Source of the DNA: the human T2T-CHM13v2.0 reference genome, Homo sapiens
Direction: 5' to 3' (one strand)
Length of the DNA: 64,000 nucleotides
NCBI RefSeq assembly: GCF_009914755.1
Contig: NC_060926.1
Shown: positions 32,018-45,115 of the stretch, in pieces
Layout: each line of letters starts with the position of its first letter
Position numbering within the stretch: the first letter of the stretch is position 1
Made by a program: the position numbers and the translations under genes
Notes under the pieces: generated by a model
Databases searched by the model: none
Seen by the model: only the letters and a program-made list of their open reading frames with translations
Told to the model about the DNA's origin: nothing

Positions 32018-35000
32018 TTCACACCCTTCTGTATAGCTCAGCCAAAAGATATACAACTTCAGTTCTGCTTTCTGAACTATATCCTTAGCTTTCTGGGACC
32101 AGCAGTTCTTATCTTACAACTGGCCAATACATAGACATAGATATGTCACCCTTTCCCTTCTGAGGTTTCCACATGCTGTTGTCTGGCAGTTGTCTTTGGA
32201 TTTATGGAATATTCACAGTCTTTTAAGGAGAAAAAAGAAAAGGGAGATGAGAAGCCAGAAGAGAACAGGAAGTTGACCACAAGGCAGAGACTCCTCAGCA
32301 AGGAGCACAATCATAGCTTTATGGGGTGGGAAAACAACTCCAGCAGCGTGGCCACCTCTTAAAGCACCAGTTCTGGTAGCAAATTCCTCCTTAACAATCA
32401 ACATCCAAGTGAATTTTGGAAGTCCTAGGCTGGTCTGAGACTGCCGGAGAATGAGTCAAAGCCGGCTTGTCCTAGGGAGGGGGTGGTGAGGAACGGAAGC
32501 CGCTGTCCTCTGGCTCCCCCACAACTGTGCTGCTGAGTGTCAATCCCAGTGACAAGGGCTGCTGATGCTTCAGAAAGGTACCAGGCCTCAGCTTTAAGGC
32601 GCTTGCCAAGAAGCCATGAGAAGTGCATTAAGATGCTGGCATATGAACAGCACCCAAACAATGCTGGTTATTAGTGGTTCACCAGGTACTTTACAGTTGA
32701 TAAAATGCATTCACTCAGACTGCCTCATTTAGACCACACAACAATTCTAACTCCCTTGGAAAGACCAGAGAACTACCATTCGACACCTTCCACTGCTTAC
32801 TGCCAGCTCACCTGTGCCAGGCATGGGGACAGCAAGGGAACCTCAGCCCCATCTTGCCAGTCAGTGCCTGCAGTGGGGTCCCGGTGCCCCTCTTGCCATC
32901 AGAAGCTTCCCTGGCCAGACACAGCCATATGCACGTTACTTACATTTGCACATTTAATCTTTGCCACAGTCCATGAGGTAATACTGTACCGGAGGGGATT
33001 AGGGCCTGAGGTCACACAGGCAGTGCGTGGTGGGACTCAGACATGGTGTAGGACAGTTGTGGTTCTTGCCCTAAAAACCAGGTTTCAAGGCCAAGGGCAG
33101 GGCCAGGTAGAGGCTCCTAGAATATGCCAGAGGGTGGCCTGCTACAGTCCCAGCCAAGGTCTGCCTGGGGCATTAGAGGCCTTGATGGGGACATCACACC
33201 TGGAGTCTCAGGGAGCCCATCAGCGGCCTCCTCTCTCTGGGTTCCAGCTATAGCTTAGGGATCCTTGTCCTACCTTTCACAACAGGCCAGGGGCCTCTGA
33301 GCATTTGGGAATCTGCTCAAACGTCATGGGAACCTTCCTGCAATGGCTTCAGTGTTGCAGAATCAATGTTCTGCAGAAGAAAGTCACTCACTTCTTATTT
33401 CCACACCCCTCTACCTCCTAAACAGGAGGAGGGACCAGAGCCAAGGGCTGCAGGTGGATTGAAACCCAGTAGAGTTCGTGATCTCATTTCTGTCTCAAGT
33501 AGTCTAGGTTGGATTCCTTACAGTTGTGAAAACTGTATATATTGTGGGGCTGAAAACAGTATATATAGCACTATATAGTGGGGCTCTAACCTAACTTGGC
33601 CAAAACCCCCTCCTAGGTTTGTTTTCTAAAATAAACCTGTCCTTGTTAACCATCAAGCCACCCTTCGTGTTTCTTTCCTCTTTCTTTAATTATCACACCT
33701 CCCACATCTGTGTGTTTAGTCACCACAGGAAACACTTGGTGCAGAGAGAAATGGAAGAAAAGATCCAAGTCAAGGAAGCAGCCAAGGGGCCAGGGCTTCA
33801 TGGAGGAAAGAGCAAATCTTGAATTGTTCAGGATAGGGGATGGAACCAGGAAGCAGCATTGGGGTGGGAACTAAACTGACATAGGAGCATTTGGGGAGCA
33901 AGTCAAGAAGGCTCTGTTGAGTGATGTCATTGACAGAGTCGGGCTGGCAGCTCAGTGGTGTGCTGGCCAGAGAGGGGGTATGTTAAGCCAGCTAAAAGGA
34001 GCAAGTCTGACCCGGACAAACTCATATTTTAAACCCGACCTGAGTGGTCCTGGCATGCGATTTCCAAAGTGTCTCTGCTCTTGGAGTGAACCACCCTCAT
34101 TCTTTATCTGAACTGGACCCCACTTGCAGAGTCAAGTCACTCTTCTCCCAGTGGTGCCAGATTCAGAACTGGACTCCTGCTTTGGTCTCCACTTGCTGTT
34201 TCTATATTGCATCCTTTCTCATTCCCAGGTCTTTCTCCAAAGCATGGAACCCTTTCTTGCTCTTAGATGCTTACCTTTATGGACCCAGAATCCTGTTCTA
34301 ATTCCTAACCCAGAGCTGTGGTCCCTGGAAGCAGAGCTTGTGGCTGCCATTCTTTCCAAGTACCCTTCCCTGGATTCTGCTTTCGGGGTCTTGATGCATT
34401 TATGGGTAGGGGAGCATCCTAATCCTTCATCATCTTCAACTATACTTTCCTACTTCCACATTTCTGATAACTTGTTTGGAGTCTGCTGTCAACTCTGGAC
34501 AAACACGTATTACGTCTTAGTCTGAGCTTCTGCCATTAGTCCCAGAAGTGGAGTTCCTTCCTAGGACGTGGATTTGGTACTAGAGCCCAGCTTTGCTTTC
34601 TTGCTTCATCATGCTGCCAGGCCCCCACTGTGGTCCCAGTCAGCACCCCCAACCCTGCTCCCACTGGAGAGCTGTCACTCAGTCAGCTCCCTCTGGATTG
34701 ATGAGTGGCAAAAGGTCCCTAGACCGGGCCCCCTAAGGCAGGACTTCTTTAGAGGATTGTAGTCTCTACATAGTGATGGTTGTACTGTTATAAAGGGCCT
34801 GTTTCCTTTCATTCTCCCTCTGTCAACTCTTTTCTTTGAAGTAAAAACGGAACATTTATTGATTCATACAGCTAGACTTCCCAAGGGATCAGCTGGCTTG
34901 CAACTCAGCTGGACCTCAGGGCTTTAAACAATGCCACTAGCACTGCAGCACTGTGTCTCCTCCTAGCCCCAGCTCTGCTTAGTTTCAAGGAGATGGTGGA

Positions 35001-35219
35001 ATTCGTGAGCCTTTGAGTACAGGAGCCCAGAAAGAGAAAGAGAGATTCTCTTTCCTATGTTTATATTGAAAAGACGATGTGTTTAGGGCAGGTGAGACAC
35101 TGAGAGATATTTCTACTAGGATCGCGTGGAGAAGGCATGGTTCTTTTGTGGCAAGTGGAGTGCCAGATAAAGGAGACAAGAGAGTGGGCAAGAAAAAAAG
35201 AAATAGAAATAGAAATAAA

Positions 35220-36225
35220 GGGGATCTGGCAAGATGGCTGAATAGGAACAGCTCCAGTCTGCAGCTCCCAGCAAGTCCAATGCAGAAGGTGAGTGATTTC
35301 TGTATTTCCAACTGAGGTACTTGGTTCATCTCACTGGGACTGGTTAGACAGTGGGTGCAGCCCACGGAGGGTGATTAGAAGCAGGGTGGGGTGTTACCTC
35401 ACCAGGGAAGCGCAAGGGGCTGGGGAACTCCCTCCCCTACCCAAGGGAAGCCACGAGGGACTGTGCCATGAGGGACGGTACTATCCAGCCCAGATACTAC
35501 GCTTTTCTCACAGTTTTTGCAACCCACACACCAGGAGATTCCCTCGAGTGTCTACAGCAGGAAACAGATGCTGGAGAGGATGTGGAGAAACAGGAATGCT
35601 TTTACACGTTGATGGGAGTGTAAATTAGTTCAACCATTGTGGAAGACAGTGTGGCGATTCCTCAAGGATCTAGAACTAGAAATACCATTTGACCCAGCAA
35701 TCCCATTCCTGGGTATATACCCAAAGGATTATAAATCATGCTACCATAAGGACACATGCACACGTATGTTTATTGTGGCACTATTCACAATAGCAAAGAC
35801 TTGGAACCAACCCAAATGTCCATCAGTGATAGACTGGATTAAGAAAATGTGGCACAAATACACCATGGAATACTATGCAGCCATAAAAAAGGATGAGTTC
35901 ATGTCCTTTGTAGGGACATGGATGAAGCTGGAAACCATCATTCTCAGCAAACTAACACAGGAACAGAAAACCAATCACTGCATGCTCTCGCTCATAAGTG
36001 GGAGTTGAACAATGAGAACACACGGACCTAGGGAGGGGAACATCCACACTGGGGCCTGTCGGGGAGTGGGGGTAAGGGGAGGGATAGCATTAGGAGAAAT
36101 ACCTTATGCATTCGGGGCTTAAAACCTAGATGACGGGTTGATGGGTGCAGTAAACCACCATGGCACATATATACCTATGTAACAAACCTGCACATTCTGC
36201 ACAGGTATCCCAGAGCTTAAAAAGA
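35220..36225 (+). mobile_element. Internally deleted L1PA (about PA7/8): 5' UTR joined to ORF2 end and 3' UTR
   Basis: caagatggctgaataggaacagctcc 5' UTR to ~35556, then caggaaacagatgctggagagg (ORF2 C-terminus); flanks agaaatagaaataaag / agaaataaaaataaag. Confidence 0.88.
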
Positions 36226-36858
36226 AATAAAAATAAAGAGACATGCACTACTGCCAGACCACAGGGTGGGGCAGCCTTGTGCATGGATAGCCTTACTTGC
36301 CTCCCCCTTCAACCCACATGCTTCAGATGGATGAGGGCGTAGCTAGAGAGCACAGGTAAGGCAGGGCTGATGGGTTGGGACCCATCCATCTCAGCCTCTG
36401 CCACCAGGCACCCCTGGCACAGAGAACCTTTTAACACTGAGTCCCTTTACTGTCACTTTGAATTGTCACAGCCCCACAGAGACCAGCCCATAGCTGGACA
36501 CACCCTATCTCCCTAAAATAACCAGTTCAAGAGCACCAGACAGTGGAAGTGCTCATGTCCCAAGGGCTTCCTGCGGGCCTTCAGCAGGACAAGGTTGTGG
36601 CCACTAGTCCTAGGAGCACAGTGCCCTGAGCCTAGGCAAAGCAAGCAGGCATTACTCATCTAAAACAGCATCAGGAAAGACACTGAGAAACCAGGACGAC
36701 TTGATTTTGTATTTGTGCGCAGCAAACTCTTGAGGGACGCTAGAGGTAGTAGATGTGTCTGTGTGACTCCCAAATATACAGCAGGAGCCGATTTGGCAGA
36801 GAGACCCCTTGCCAATGCCATGTTCAGAGTGGAGGTCGACTTGAGAGCCACTGATCTG

Positions 36859-36903
36859 AGCAGCATGAAGTCCCCTGACATTAGCAGCATGAAGTCCCCT
36901 GAC
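36859..36903. repeat. Direct duplication agcagcatgaagtcccctgac x2 (24-bp period)
   Basis: Copies at 36859 and 36883. Confidence 0.85.
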
Positions 36904-37689
36904 TTCAGCCACTTAGGTGTGGATTGCTGAGGGTTCAGGGCAGACAGTGTTTGAGTTCGGGCTGGGCCCACCTGTTTTCCCTCCAAGTGGCATCACCAGG
37001 TCCAGTGGGGAAAACACTGTTGTGGGTCTACATTGATTTACCTATACTGCTCAGAGAAGCTTCCTGTGGGCTTCCATAAACTGGCTTGGGTTGGTTATTA
37101 CTGGCTGCAGCAGCAATTGATTGCTCTTCCTGTACCTTGTTACCCTGGAGATGAAAATCCAGACTTGATGGGGAGAAAAGAGAAAATCTCCATCAGGAGA
37201 ATCAAGTGGTCTGTTCTCCTCCTCCACTGCCATTGTCATAAAGCATGGGGTTGGCTGTGGGGTCATTTGGAGTGCAGCGGTCCAAGTATCAGGAGCAGCG
37301 TACTCTCAAAAAGACTCACGGATGTGACCAAAACTGCAGCCTCCAAGGGTTTTGAGGCCTGCAGGCTGGGAGTTCTTGGCCTAGAGCATTTCACCCCTCT
37401 CTTCATTGCTTTCCTGGATGTTCCCAGGGGTCAATCTGGGCTGTTTTTGAGGTGGGATAAAGATTTAAATTGACTCGGGGAGGAGGGAAGTTATCTAAGG
37501 GTATAAACACAATATGGTTTTTTTTTATTTTTTTCTTTTGTAACAAGATTTTTAAAAAATCTCTTATTTAACTGAGAGTCATACTTTTGTCTATTATAGT
37601 AGCTAATTTACTATTATGATAGATAATAGAATTGGGTAAATAACAAGTTCTGTTCATCACTACAAAACACACACACACACACACAGTAT

Positions 37690-37816
37690 GTGAAAATGCT
37701 TCCTATAATTGCTGTACACCATGGCCAGAAAGACAGACTTGAAGATGTAGGTATTAATGATAATGTAGATTATAAAGTACAAAGAATACCACCAGTTGAA
37801 GTCATAGACAGGCATG
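37690..37816 (-). pseudogene. TPCN3: TPC3 exon, IS6 (MPVYDFNWWYSLYFIIYIIINTYIFKSVFLAMVYSNYRKHFH)
   Basis: ttcttctag acceptor; 127 bp; donor position reads AT (37688-89). Confidence 0.88.
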
Positions 37817-38760
37817 CTAGAAGAAAATAATCATGTTTCATGGTTTTCCATACCCTAGTTCCACAATGCATATAAGGCTGACCTTAGGCAAAATCCCACA
37901 TGCACAGTCCATGTGCATGAGGCACCAGAAAGCCTCCTGTAACATTCGCTCTCCCCCATAGGGTGTGATGGGGCCTCAGAGCCATCACCATCCCTAATGC
38001 TGAACAGCTTGCTTCACACCTGCCCTTCTGAAATTCTTAGTACCTTACAGAGGCACCAATTTTCACAGTGGCAGGACCTTAGTGATCTCCCAATTCAGTT
38101 TTCTCCCTCCACAATGAGAAAATTGAGGCCTAGAAAGGACAGTGACTTGCTAGGAATTACAAAGAGAATAAGAAGCATGGCTGGGAAGAGGGCTGTGCAC
38201 TGCAAAGTCAGGTAATCCTTGCTGTGTGGAACACCCAACTGCCTTGGCTGGGGCCAGATCATATTCTAACCACCCAGGGGACGATGCATGAAAGGTACCC
38301 GGTGATAACTGTGGAAGGGCAAGTTGTGACAGGTGCTCACTCTACCTTTAATGGAAACTTAATTTCCTACAGGAGGGGACGTCAAGGGGTGCTGGCTAGG
38401 CTGTCAGCCAGGGGTCTGAGGAAAGACCCAAGAGAACATAAGCAGGGCCAGGGCCAAGGCCAGGCCCAAGAGTGAGCAACAACCAAGAACAAGTTGATCT
38501 GATGAACCTACACATCACAAGATGACAGAAAACCTGCCTCTCTGAGGTCACTATTGGAGCAGATGTGGACTGACGTTTGCAGTGAGGCTCTGCCCACTCT
38601 CTAGAGCTGGAGAGCTAGCTACTCTGTGCAGTACCACTTAATAACTTTACCCTTATGCATGAGGTAAATCCATAACAAGAAGTCATTCCATGAGGTTTTT
38701 CTCCTAAGTAATTTCCACACGTGTGGAGAATTGGCATTTTGCAAGCAAGGTGGCAATTAC

Positions 38761-39349
38761 TGTTGGGAAAAAGCTGAGTGTTGGGAGAAGCTGAGGCAGG
38801 GCTTGCAAGTCTGACATAAGGTAAAAGAGTCTTGGAACATGTCTGGGGTCCAGGGTCTAAAACCCCTTGTGGCCTTTGGAACACCAAGCTCTGTGCTAAA
38901 GGGTGGAAGGCTACCCTGATGCACCATAATCTAAGCCCAGGGCATAAAACCCCTCGTGACTTGGATAGAATCCAGGGCTCGTGGCTCTGGAACGTGTCTA
39001 CACTTGCTGGCTCCATGCTCCTTGCTCTCCCAGGATCGACTGTATCTTGAGTTAAAAGAACATGCTCTCCATTATCTCAAGTAGCAGAGCAAATGCTAAA
39101 CCATCACAGGTGTAAATCATGTGATTAATGCAATGCGCCCTTTCAACCTCCACATTCTCACCACCTGTTTCTTTGCTGGATTACCAATAAATAGCACTGG
39201 GCTCCCAGAGCTTGGGGCCTTTGCAGCCTCCATGATTGCGATGGCCCCTTGGTCCCACTTCTGTCTCTCAAACTGTCTTTTCTCAATCCTTTGACTCCGC
39301 CGGACTTTGTCACCCCCACAACCTGGTGTTGGGTCTGATCACCCCAACA
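38761..39349 (+). mobile_element. ERVK-class solo LTR (LTR14-like) in a TPC3 intron
   Basis: tgttggg...cccaaca inverted ends, aataaa at ~39185; subfamily by recall. Confidence 0.75.
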
Positions 39350-39764
39350 ATTAGTGATGTTTACATTTATTTCCTGTTTGATGTAGCCAAAAAACTGCAT
39401 CAATGCTTAGGAGAACCAGACATGATTCCTTTACAAAGATGGCTTATGTCTTTAAATTCAAGACTCAAAGAAGATTCCAGAATAGAAAGTGGGCTCAAAT
39501 ATTAAGAATTGTATCTCAAGAGATGTCTCCTGTTCCTTTCCATTTTGAAAGAATTCATTTAAATTTAGTGTTAAGTAGAGAGGATAGGCTACTAGTGGTG
39601 TAAAATTTTATATTCTTCAAAACTTTTACAGTGAATAGGACTAAACAGAAAATCACTCTTTGTCCTCTCACAGCCCTACTAGAGTCAGGAGACAGCCGCT
39701 TTGAATAGTGTGAATTCTGTTATGGTAAAAGATGTTCATGAACACGGATCAAGGATGCGAGGAC

Positions 39765-39866
39765 ATGATGTCAGGGCTGTTCGCTGTAGTGACCAGCACG
39801 TAGAGCTCAAATGCTATCTCCAGAATGTTTTCAAACTAAGGCGATCCCTCTGCTGTTTTCAGACCA
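39765..39866 (-). pseudogene. TPCN3: TPC3 exon, pore I (GLKTAEGSP*FENILEIAFELYVLVTTANSPDI)
   Basis: TPC filter motif TTANxPD; TAG at 39836-38; ctctttag acceptor, weak gtcctc donor. Confidence 0.92.
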
Positions 39867-40061
39867 CTAAAGAGGAACCAAAAACATAAAGTGAAAACCA
39901 CACACGTAAATTAATACACTGATACACTTTTTCCCTTTCAAGAGCACTCCTGCAGTGTTTGAACATGGAAGATTGTGTTTGGTGACAGACTGTGCCGCCA
40001 ACAGGCTCAACCTAAATATGGGAGAATTCCCAGGCAGAAACTTCCAGAGAAGTGTGCTCAT

Positions 40062-40179
40062 CGATTCCCAAAAAGCTTCAAGGCCATCAGGCAGAACATC
40101 AGCACACTGAACATGAACAATAGAAGACATAGAGGATATTGGGCAGGGTGTTCTGGAGGCTTTGGAAAGCCCTGCAGAT
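40062..40179 (-). pseudogene. TPCN3: TPC3 exon, S4-S5 linker and IS5 (ICRAFQSLQNTLPNILYVF/LLFMFSVLMFCLMALKLFGNR)
   Basis: 118 bp where 119 is needed: 1-bp deletion near 40123; donor reads atgag. Confidence 0.9.
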
Positions 40180-40268
40180 CTATGGAGACAAAATGTTACT
40201 TTACTTACAAGAAACCAGCTAACTTTCGGCAAAAACAAACCATCACGTATCCTAAATCATATGCTTAC

Positions 40269-40385
40269 CTGACGACTTTCAGGGAAGTTAATTAGGAAGA
40301 CCGGCCTTAAGGCCCTTGACCATCTGATGCTGTGGATGTTAATAGCTTCCAGGGACCCACAGATAATCAGATCGATCAAGGTCAG
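40269..40385 (-). pseudogene. TPCN3: TPC3 exon, IS3-IS4 (LTLIDLIICGSLEAINIHSIRWSRALRPVFLINFPESRQ)
   Basis: 117 bp, phase 0/0, intact ctcacag acceptor and gtaagc donor; RxxRxxR voltage-sensor pattern. Confidence 0.92.
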
Positions 40386-41073
40386 CTGTGAGAGACACAG
40401 GCCAGAGATGTCAGTATTACACTGTCCAAGGACAGTGGATGGGTGTTCACCAACCCAGGAGAGGTACAATGTTATGTGAAAAAGCACGTTTCATAGACAG
40501 CATAGTACCACTTTTGTAATACGACATTAATAATAACTAATGTTTGACGTTTTACTGTGTTCCATGTACTATAACAAGCACCTCTTGTAGATGATTTTAG
40601 ACTCACCACACCAATTAGGTGGGCACTATTCCTGGAGGAGGAGCTTGAGGCACAGAGAGGGTAAGCATGTAGCCCCTGATCACACAGCTATCCAGGGCAG
40701 AGCTGGGACTGGAACCCAGACAGTCTGAGGGCTCAGCCCTTGCTATTAATCACACTGGGACATCCTTCCACACTACACCCTATTGACCTTCTCTTCAATT
40801 TGACATGTAAAAGAAAGGAGGTGTAGCCTAGTAACAGAGATGAGAATATCTAGAATACAGACAACCCCTATTAATCTTTATTAATGTCAGGTTTATGGGC
40901 AAGAGATTAAGGTGAAGATGGCCAAAAGAAGAACCTAGTGTATTTTAGAAAAATATAAGTAGAAAAGAACAATGTACCATCATCAAAAAAACTTGAATTT
41001 AGCCCCTTTGGTGGTAAGGCACAGAGGATCTAGTGAGCTCCTTCCCCTCAAAGGGCACGCCGCACGGGGCGGG

Positions 41074-42047
41074 TGTAGGGTCCAGCCCTACACGGTCTGT
41101 GGATTTTTCTCCTCGTGTGCAGAGATGAGAGATCGTAGAAATAAAGACACAAGACAAAGAGAAGAAAAGACAGCTAGGCCCGGGAGACCACTACCACCTA
41201 GACGCGGAGACCTATAGTGGCCCCAAATACCTGGCTGTGCTGGTATTTACTGGACACAAGGCAAAAGGGGCAGGGTAAGGAGTGTGAGTGATCTCCAATG
41301 ATTGATAAGGTCACATGAGTCACGTGTCCACCGGACAGGGGGCCCTCCCTGTTTGGCAGTAAGGCGGAGAGAGAGGACAGCTTATGCCATTATTTCTTCT
41401 ATGCATTTCAAAGACTTTTAGTACTTTCACTAATTCTGCTACTGCTATCTAGAAGGCAGAGCCAGGTGTACAGGGTGGAACATGAAAGTGGACCAGGAGC
41501 GTGACCGCTGAAGCACAGCATCACAGGGAGACGTTCCGGGCTCCAGATGGCTGTGGGCGGGGCTGACTGATGTCAGGCCTTCCACAAGAGGTGGTACAGC
41601 AGTCTTCTCTAACTCCCCCAAGGAAAGGGAGACTCCATAGTGCCTTCCATTGGCACTGACGCTACCGCTAGACCGAGGTCCGCTACGTAAGGGGCGTCTT
41701 CCCAGGTGCTGGCGTTACCGCTAGACTAGGGAGCCCTCTAGTGGCCTTTTCCAGGCGTAACAGAGGGCTCACGCTCTTGTCTTCCAGTCACTTCTCACCG
41801 TGTCCCTTCAGCTCCTATCTCTGTATGGCCTGGCTTTTCCTAAGTTATAATTGTAGAACAAAGATTATTATAATATTGGAATAAAGAGTAATGTTAACAA
41901 ACTAATGATTAATGATATTCATATATAATCATATCTATAATCTATTTCTAGTATAACTATTCTTATTCTGTATATTTTCTTTATTATACTGGAACAGTTT
42001 TTGCCTTCAGTCTCTTGCCTTGGCACCTGAGTGGCTTGCCGCCCACA
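41074..42047 (-). mobile_element. LTR13 (HERV-K HML-4) solo LTR
   Basis: Reverse complement begins tgtgggcggcaagccac; perfect 6-bp TSD ggcggg at 41068 and 42048. Confidence 0.88.
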
Positions 42048-42734
42048 GGCGGGGGAAACAGCTAAGAAATGAGGCTGGTTCACAACTGCCGCACTGGAGG
42101 AAACCAGTGTGGCTGTCCCAGGGGAGCGAGGACAGGTGGATCACCAAGGGTTAAGATATTTGAGGGGCTTCATGGAGGAGGCACTCTTTGATGTAACCTA
42201 CAGCACAGCAGAGCTTTAATAAAAACTCAGGAAGGTCAAGAGCTAGACAAGAAGATAGAATAAAAGGACTCTTGAGGAAGTACTGGGCTGGCATGTTGGG
42301 AAGCAGAGGGTCCTGGGAGTGGTGGCAAAGGGAAGCAGCAGAAAGTGATAAGGACCTATGGAAGGTGGCTTTGCAGGCCAGGCTAAAAAGGCAGGTCTCA
42401 TTCCCAGGGCCTTTCAAATAACAGATGGAGCAAAGGAGTGAGAGGACAGCACAGGAGGCTGCATGAATATATCACATTCTACTTAAGACATATGTCTTAT
42501 AATTTTTGTCTGGAAATCAGGTTGTTTCCAATTTTTCAATATTATAAACCGTCAGCCACCACCAATTTTGTGGCTAAATCTCTGAATGCATCCTTCTTTC
42601 CTACAGATAAATTCCCAGGAATGGAAGTCCAGGGTTAAAATATATTCACCTTCAAGGCTTTTGAAAGGAGCTGCCAAAGAGCCTTCCAGAAAGACAGTTT
42701 TATTCCTCTCTCTTGTAGGGTGTAAGAACATTTG

Positions 42735-43185
42735 TTTTATGGCAAAGACATGGAAGCAACTTAGGTGCTCATCAATGGTGGGTTAGGCAAAGAAAATGTG
42801 GTACATATACACCATGGAATACTATGCAGTCATTTAAAAAGAATGAAATTATGTCCTTTGCAGTAGTATGGATGCAGCCAGAGGCCATCATCCTAAGTGA
42901 ATTAACAGAGAACAGAAAACCAAATACTGCATGTTGTCACTTATAAGTAGGAGCTAAACACTGGGTACTCATGGACACAAAGATGGCAACAGTAGACACT
43001 GGGGATTCCTGAGGGGAAGGGACAGAGGAGGGGAAGGGTTGAAAAACTACCTGCTGGATTCTAGGCTCACTACCTGAGTGATGGGATCAGTTGTACCCCA
43101 AACCTCACCATCACGAAATATACCCATGTAACAAACCTGCACATGTACCACCTGAATCTAAACTAAAAATTGAAATTACAAAAAG
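42735..43185 (+). mobile_element. L1 3' end (L1PB/MA-like)
   Basis: aaaatgtggtacatatacaccatggaatactatgcag..aacaaacctgcacatgtac. Confidence 0.8.
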
Positions 43186-43585
43186 TTTGTTTTCAATCTT
43201 GCTAAGATTTTTTATAGGCAAACACATGGTATTTTATTGTCGTTTTATTCTATAATTTTTAATTAGTGACGTTAAACATCTTTCCTATCGGCCATTTTAC
43301 ATATTTTTTCCTTATGAGTTGCCTTCACTTATCTTCAGCAAAATTATCTATTGAGATATCTTTTTTTTCCTGTAATTTGGAAGTGCTCTTGATATGCTGA
43401 AATGTCTGCACTGCCACATTTTGCCCTATTTGTTCTTCAGTTTGGGGTTTGCTTGCAGTTGTGCTTATGGCGTTCACTGTATGGAAGTGTTGTTGTTTCA
43501 TCAAAAGCAAATCTATTGAGTCTTTTTTCTTCATGGCTCCTGCCTTCGGTCATAAACTCTTACAGGTACTACAATGAACACTCGC

Positions 43586-43714
43586 CACTGTGGTTACCAT
43601 GGTGCAGATGTCTTTTGTATCCTTCCAGAAAACCATTTGAGGAGTGACTTTTGCAAAATGTACCAGTCTGCCAAAGTATGCAGTCAGGCAGAGTACTTCT
43701 GCTATTGAGGTGGC
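43586..43714 (-). pseudogene. TPCN3: TPC3 exon, IS2 (ATSIAEVLCLTAYFGRLVHFAKVTPQMVFWKDTKDICTMVTTV)
   Basis: 129 bp open, phase 0/0, ccttgcag acceptor; donor gcgagt (GC) with an in-frame alternative ATG|gtaacc at 43596-97. Confidence 0.9.
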
Positions 43715-45115
43715 CTGCAAGGAGAAAACAGAGGCTGAGCACGAGGGCTTGCCATGGGGAGGCTCAGCTTTAGTTATCCAGTACCACCCCCTGTCCCCTG
43801 CCACTACCCTACCTTTCCTGCCTGGCACCCTCTGAGAATTTGCCATGTCCCTTAATTTTACTGAAAATTGCAGCAACATTTTCTGCCGGTTAGAATGGCT
43901 TTTTCCTCTGAAAGGGAAATCTGCCACTGAGTCACAATCTCCATGACCCACACTGGCAGGGATTCCTGGGAGGGGCTGCACCAGCAGGCTGAGGACCAAG
44001 AACACATTTCCCCAGAAAAGGGGGAGGTCAGAGGCAGAGATCGTCTATGCTCTCAAATTCCCCATGTTCAAATTCCAGACACCTAGAAGTCCCATTTCTC
44101 TAACGGTAAGGTAATTCCCCAAAGATGTGTTTGGGAATAATGGGTCCTTCCATAAACATCACTGCCACTGCAGCCCTGCTGCCTATATGAGGCTGGTTAG
44201 AGACGAGGATGGAGCCCACTGAGATCAAGACCGAAGTCCTGATGGGCCTCCCTCTGTAGATTACGGGTGCCAACTCCAGACTCCTGTACCTGCTAGACTT
44301 GAAGCCCATGACTGCAGCCCAAGGTTTGCCTGAGGCTGTTGGGATGCAGTAACAACTTCCTAACAAGGGCACGTTCCTCCATCAATAGGGAGAGACAGGT
44401 GGAAGATAGGAAGAGATGGAGAAAGGGACAACTTGACTTAGGCTAAAAAGAGGGAAAAGTCTTGAGTGAGAGCTAGAGACAGGAGGAAGGGGCTGGCTGT
44501 GGGCCTGAAAGCAGCAGGGGACACTATCATTGCCCCCTAGTTCCAGCCCTCATGGGTCTGTGCACAGACTGGGCTGCAGCCCCTTGCAAATGTTCTAGCT
44601 CTCAGTCTGTTGACTCTTGAAGAGCTATAGAGACCCAATGTCAAGTCCAGCTTTGCAAAAGGGCCTTAGGCAATTTCAGGACATCCTTGCTTAAAACAAG
44701 ACTTGCGTGGTAATGCTGGATGGGGGCCAAAGCCCTCAGAACACACTGGACTTTGGAGATTTACAGTACAAGGGCTGGCTGAAGGAACACTCTGAAACTC
44801 AGGCAGCCAACCCAAAGTTATACATGACCAATAACAGACAGGGGATGAGGACTCAGGAAAAGAGGCAAATGGCTAAGAAGACCACTCTGTGGGATTCCTA
44901 CCTTGGCCAGAGTGGACCAGTGCTAAGGAGGGATAGACAACACTCTGTCCAGGTTTGTGAATGCACAGCTCTGTTTCTTCAGATTTTGTGTTTGTGTTGA
45001 CTGTTATTGGGATAAAAGTCTTCTATCCAGAGAATTCATTAATTGCCGGATCTTTATTGTAAGACAGTTGGTGGATGTCACTTGGGCAGCCCCAGTGAGC
45101 CATACTTACAGTTTT

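Noticed and set aside
36650-37480. ORFs as further TPC3 (linker/domain II) exons
   Set aside because: No channel-like motifs or fitting splice phases found
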